A stretch of 63,492 bases of DNA, the filler included, from Phoronis australis (taxonomy: Eukaryota; Animalia; Phoronida): NCBI GenBank assembly GCA_002633005.1. It is 8 parts of 8 records of this genome, joined end to end, with 100 filler letters (N's around TTAATTAATTAA, not from the genome) between each part and the next. Parts side by side here need not be neighbours in the genome. Positions count along the whole stretch, not along the records: positions 59,837 to 62,187 come from NMRA01003719.1; positions 62,288 to 63,492 come from NMRA01003935.1; 6 more parts are not named here. One strand, 5' to 3'. Below, piece after piece: positions 61,968 to 63,492 of this stretch. Each line of letters opens with the position of its first letter. Position 1 is the first letter of the stretch. Below the pieces are notes generated by a model that had not been told where the DNA came from, ran no database searches, and saw only the letters and a program-made list of their open reading frames with translations. Position numbers and translations under genes: made by a program.

Positions 61968-62187
61968 ATTAACTCCTCCGCGGGACTTTGGATGGAGTTG
62001 TCGCCAGAGAGCGTGTTGGAATATTGCCCAGACAAGGGCAGTAGTGGCTTCGTGCTTGTACACACTAAGGACAAGAAGAAGATTTTCCTTCGCCATGCAT
62101 CGGAACTGGATGAACCATCTAATTCTGAGCCTCGTGGTGCTTCAGGGGAGGGGTTTGTATTCTCCGACCCGTCAGCGATGGACGCAT
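61968..62187 (+). CDS. Possible exon of unknown product, cut by gap
   Basis: ttttgttacag acceptor and an open frame INSSAGLWMELSPESVLEYCPDKGSSGFVLVHTKDKKKIFLRHASELDE..., GC-richer than flanks. No family recognised. Confidence 0.3.
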
Positions 62188-62538
62188 NNNNNNNNNNNNN
62201 NNNNNNNNNNNNNNNNNNNNNNNNNNNNNNNTTAATTAATTAANNNNNNNNNNNNNNNNNNNNNNNNNNNNNNNNNNNNNNNNNNNNCTTGTAATGGTTC
62301 TTGCTTGTGAATAATGATGTAATGCAATCTGTCTTGTAATGGTTCTTGCTTGTGAATAATTTCAAATAAGGCATGAATACATTCTCCGTCGATGCTAATT
62401 AACAAATTCCACGACTCTGAGAACAATTTCGCTTAGATTAAAAAATGTCCTTTAAGTTATGTGGCACAGTGAGGAGAACAGTCTGTAAACTTTGTAACGA
62501 CTTCCTGTTGTAATTAACCTTTATTTTTCTTTCTTCAG

Positions 62539-62627
62539 ATTCGCTGTTCCGGACACTCCATTCTCCGTCCCAGCTGATGTTGATATAGAACAGCTCAGCT
62601 CTCTTATTAACAGTCTTCTTGTGAAAG
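62539..62627 (+). CDS. WDR12: Ribosome biogenesis protein WDR12/YTM1, early exon (NLE domain)
   Basis: Strong polypyrimidine acceptor, G|GTAGT donor. FAVPDTPFSVPADVDIEQLSSLINSLLVK versus recalled human [27 protein letters not shown]. Confidence 0.82.
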
Positions 62628-63492
62628 GTAGTGTGGTGATCAAAAAATATTGCGCTTACTAGGGAGCAACTAGTTATTGCGTAGGTTTGAGCCATTATTT
62701 GTTGGTATCACCCACTTAATGGTGTTCCCATAATAGCCTATATTTTAAAGTTATTTTGTGAGTACCTTATCTTTCTAATAGTTGGCTCATTTTAACTCCA
62801 GAAGTACACATGCTTGTTTGTATCCAGTGTTGTCATTTTGGTTGTTTGACATTGAACCCCAGGGACATTGTGAACTAAAAAAACTTCAGTGGGTGTTTTT
62901 GACGTGTTCCTATAGCTGTGCATCATGTGTGGGTCCATATTGCCATTGCCATTGTCTGTACATCCAGCATGCGGTGCCCGTTTATATATCTCCTTGGCCC
63001 ATGCCATGATCGTCATGAGATTTGGCAGATGTGCTCATATCAAGTTGATTATCATATTACACTACTGTAGTGCCCCCTGTTGTCTATTTTGATGATTGAC
63101 AAGGTATTGGTTGTCCTTTATTATTGTCAAAATGGCATGTCAGCTTTTAGATGGACTTTAACTCGTAAGTATATGGCTGGGATTCACCAACTCCATCAGT
63201 CGATTTCCAGCTTTGATCAAATTTGTCTGATTTTATAGGATACTAGCCATTACCCATACGAAAGCACGGGTAGCAGCTAGTAGGAAACGCTGAGGGGAAA
63301 TAGCTACACCTAAGATTGAACCGATTGAGTGTTCATCGCAAGAGACAGGAATACTTCTTGAAGAGACTGTGTTCAAAGCTTCAAGCAGAATTTCTGTCAC
63401 CTCTCAGATTTTAGTAGCAATTAAGGTGTGCGGCTGTGGGATTCTTCCCCTAGGCAGTACAAATTTCTTTCCAGAACATTTGACCCTGTCGT

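Overview
Eukaryotic (animal) genomic DNA from a gapped draft assembly. It is AT-rich, has GT-AG spliced genes and is dense in repeats; the repeat types suggest an invertebrate, which is inference only. Seven artificial 100-nt joins (N44-TTAATTAATTAA-N44) and three single-N joins break the window. Spliced by hand, I find five host genes. (1) The 3' half of lanosterol synthase (LSS, minus, 9 exons, 895-10866, DCTAE and QW motifs). (2) A C19orf47 homolog (minus, 7 phase-compatible exons, 32735-44528). (3) The C-terminal exons of a shugoshin (plus, 52207-55514, SGO motif). (4) One AP3D1 exon (minus). (5) One WDR12/YTM1 exon (plus). The rest is mobile DNA: a decayed Academ transposon with XPG-like and Cys8 domains; a Penelope GIY-YIG end followed by a hammerhead ribozyme; a LINE RT fragment; Helentron-type (HINE) repeats with co-oriented CTCF-like motifs; a 689-bp near-perfect palindrome with an 8-bp TSD; a 2.2-kb hAT-like element with a 5-bp TSD; an ISL2EU-like MITE family; tRNA-derived SINEs; and several tandem arrays. 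I see no prokaryotic system and no CRISPR array, and I cannot support a wholly new protein system. The best novelty candidates are non-coding: repeat-borne CTCF-like motif arrays, the foldback element, the ribozyme and duplicated splice sites. All homology calls are from recalled family motifs, not database searches.
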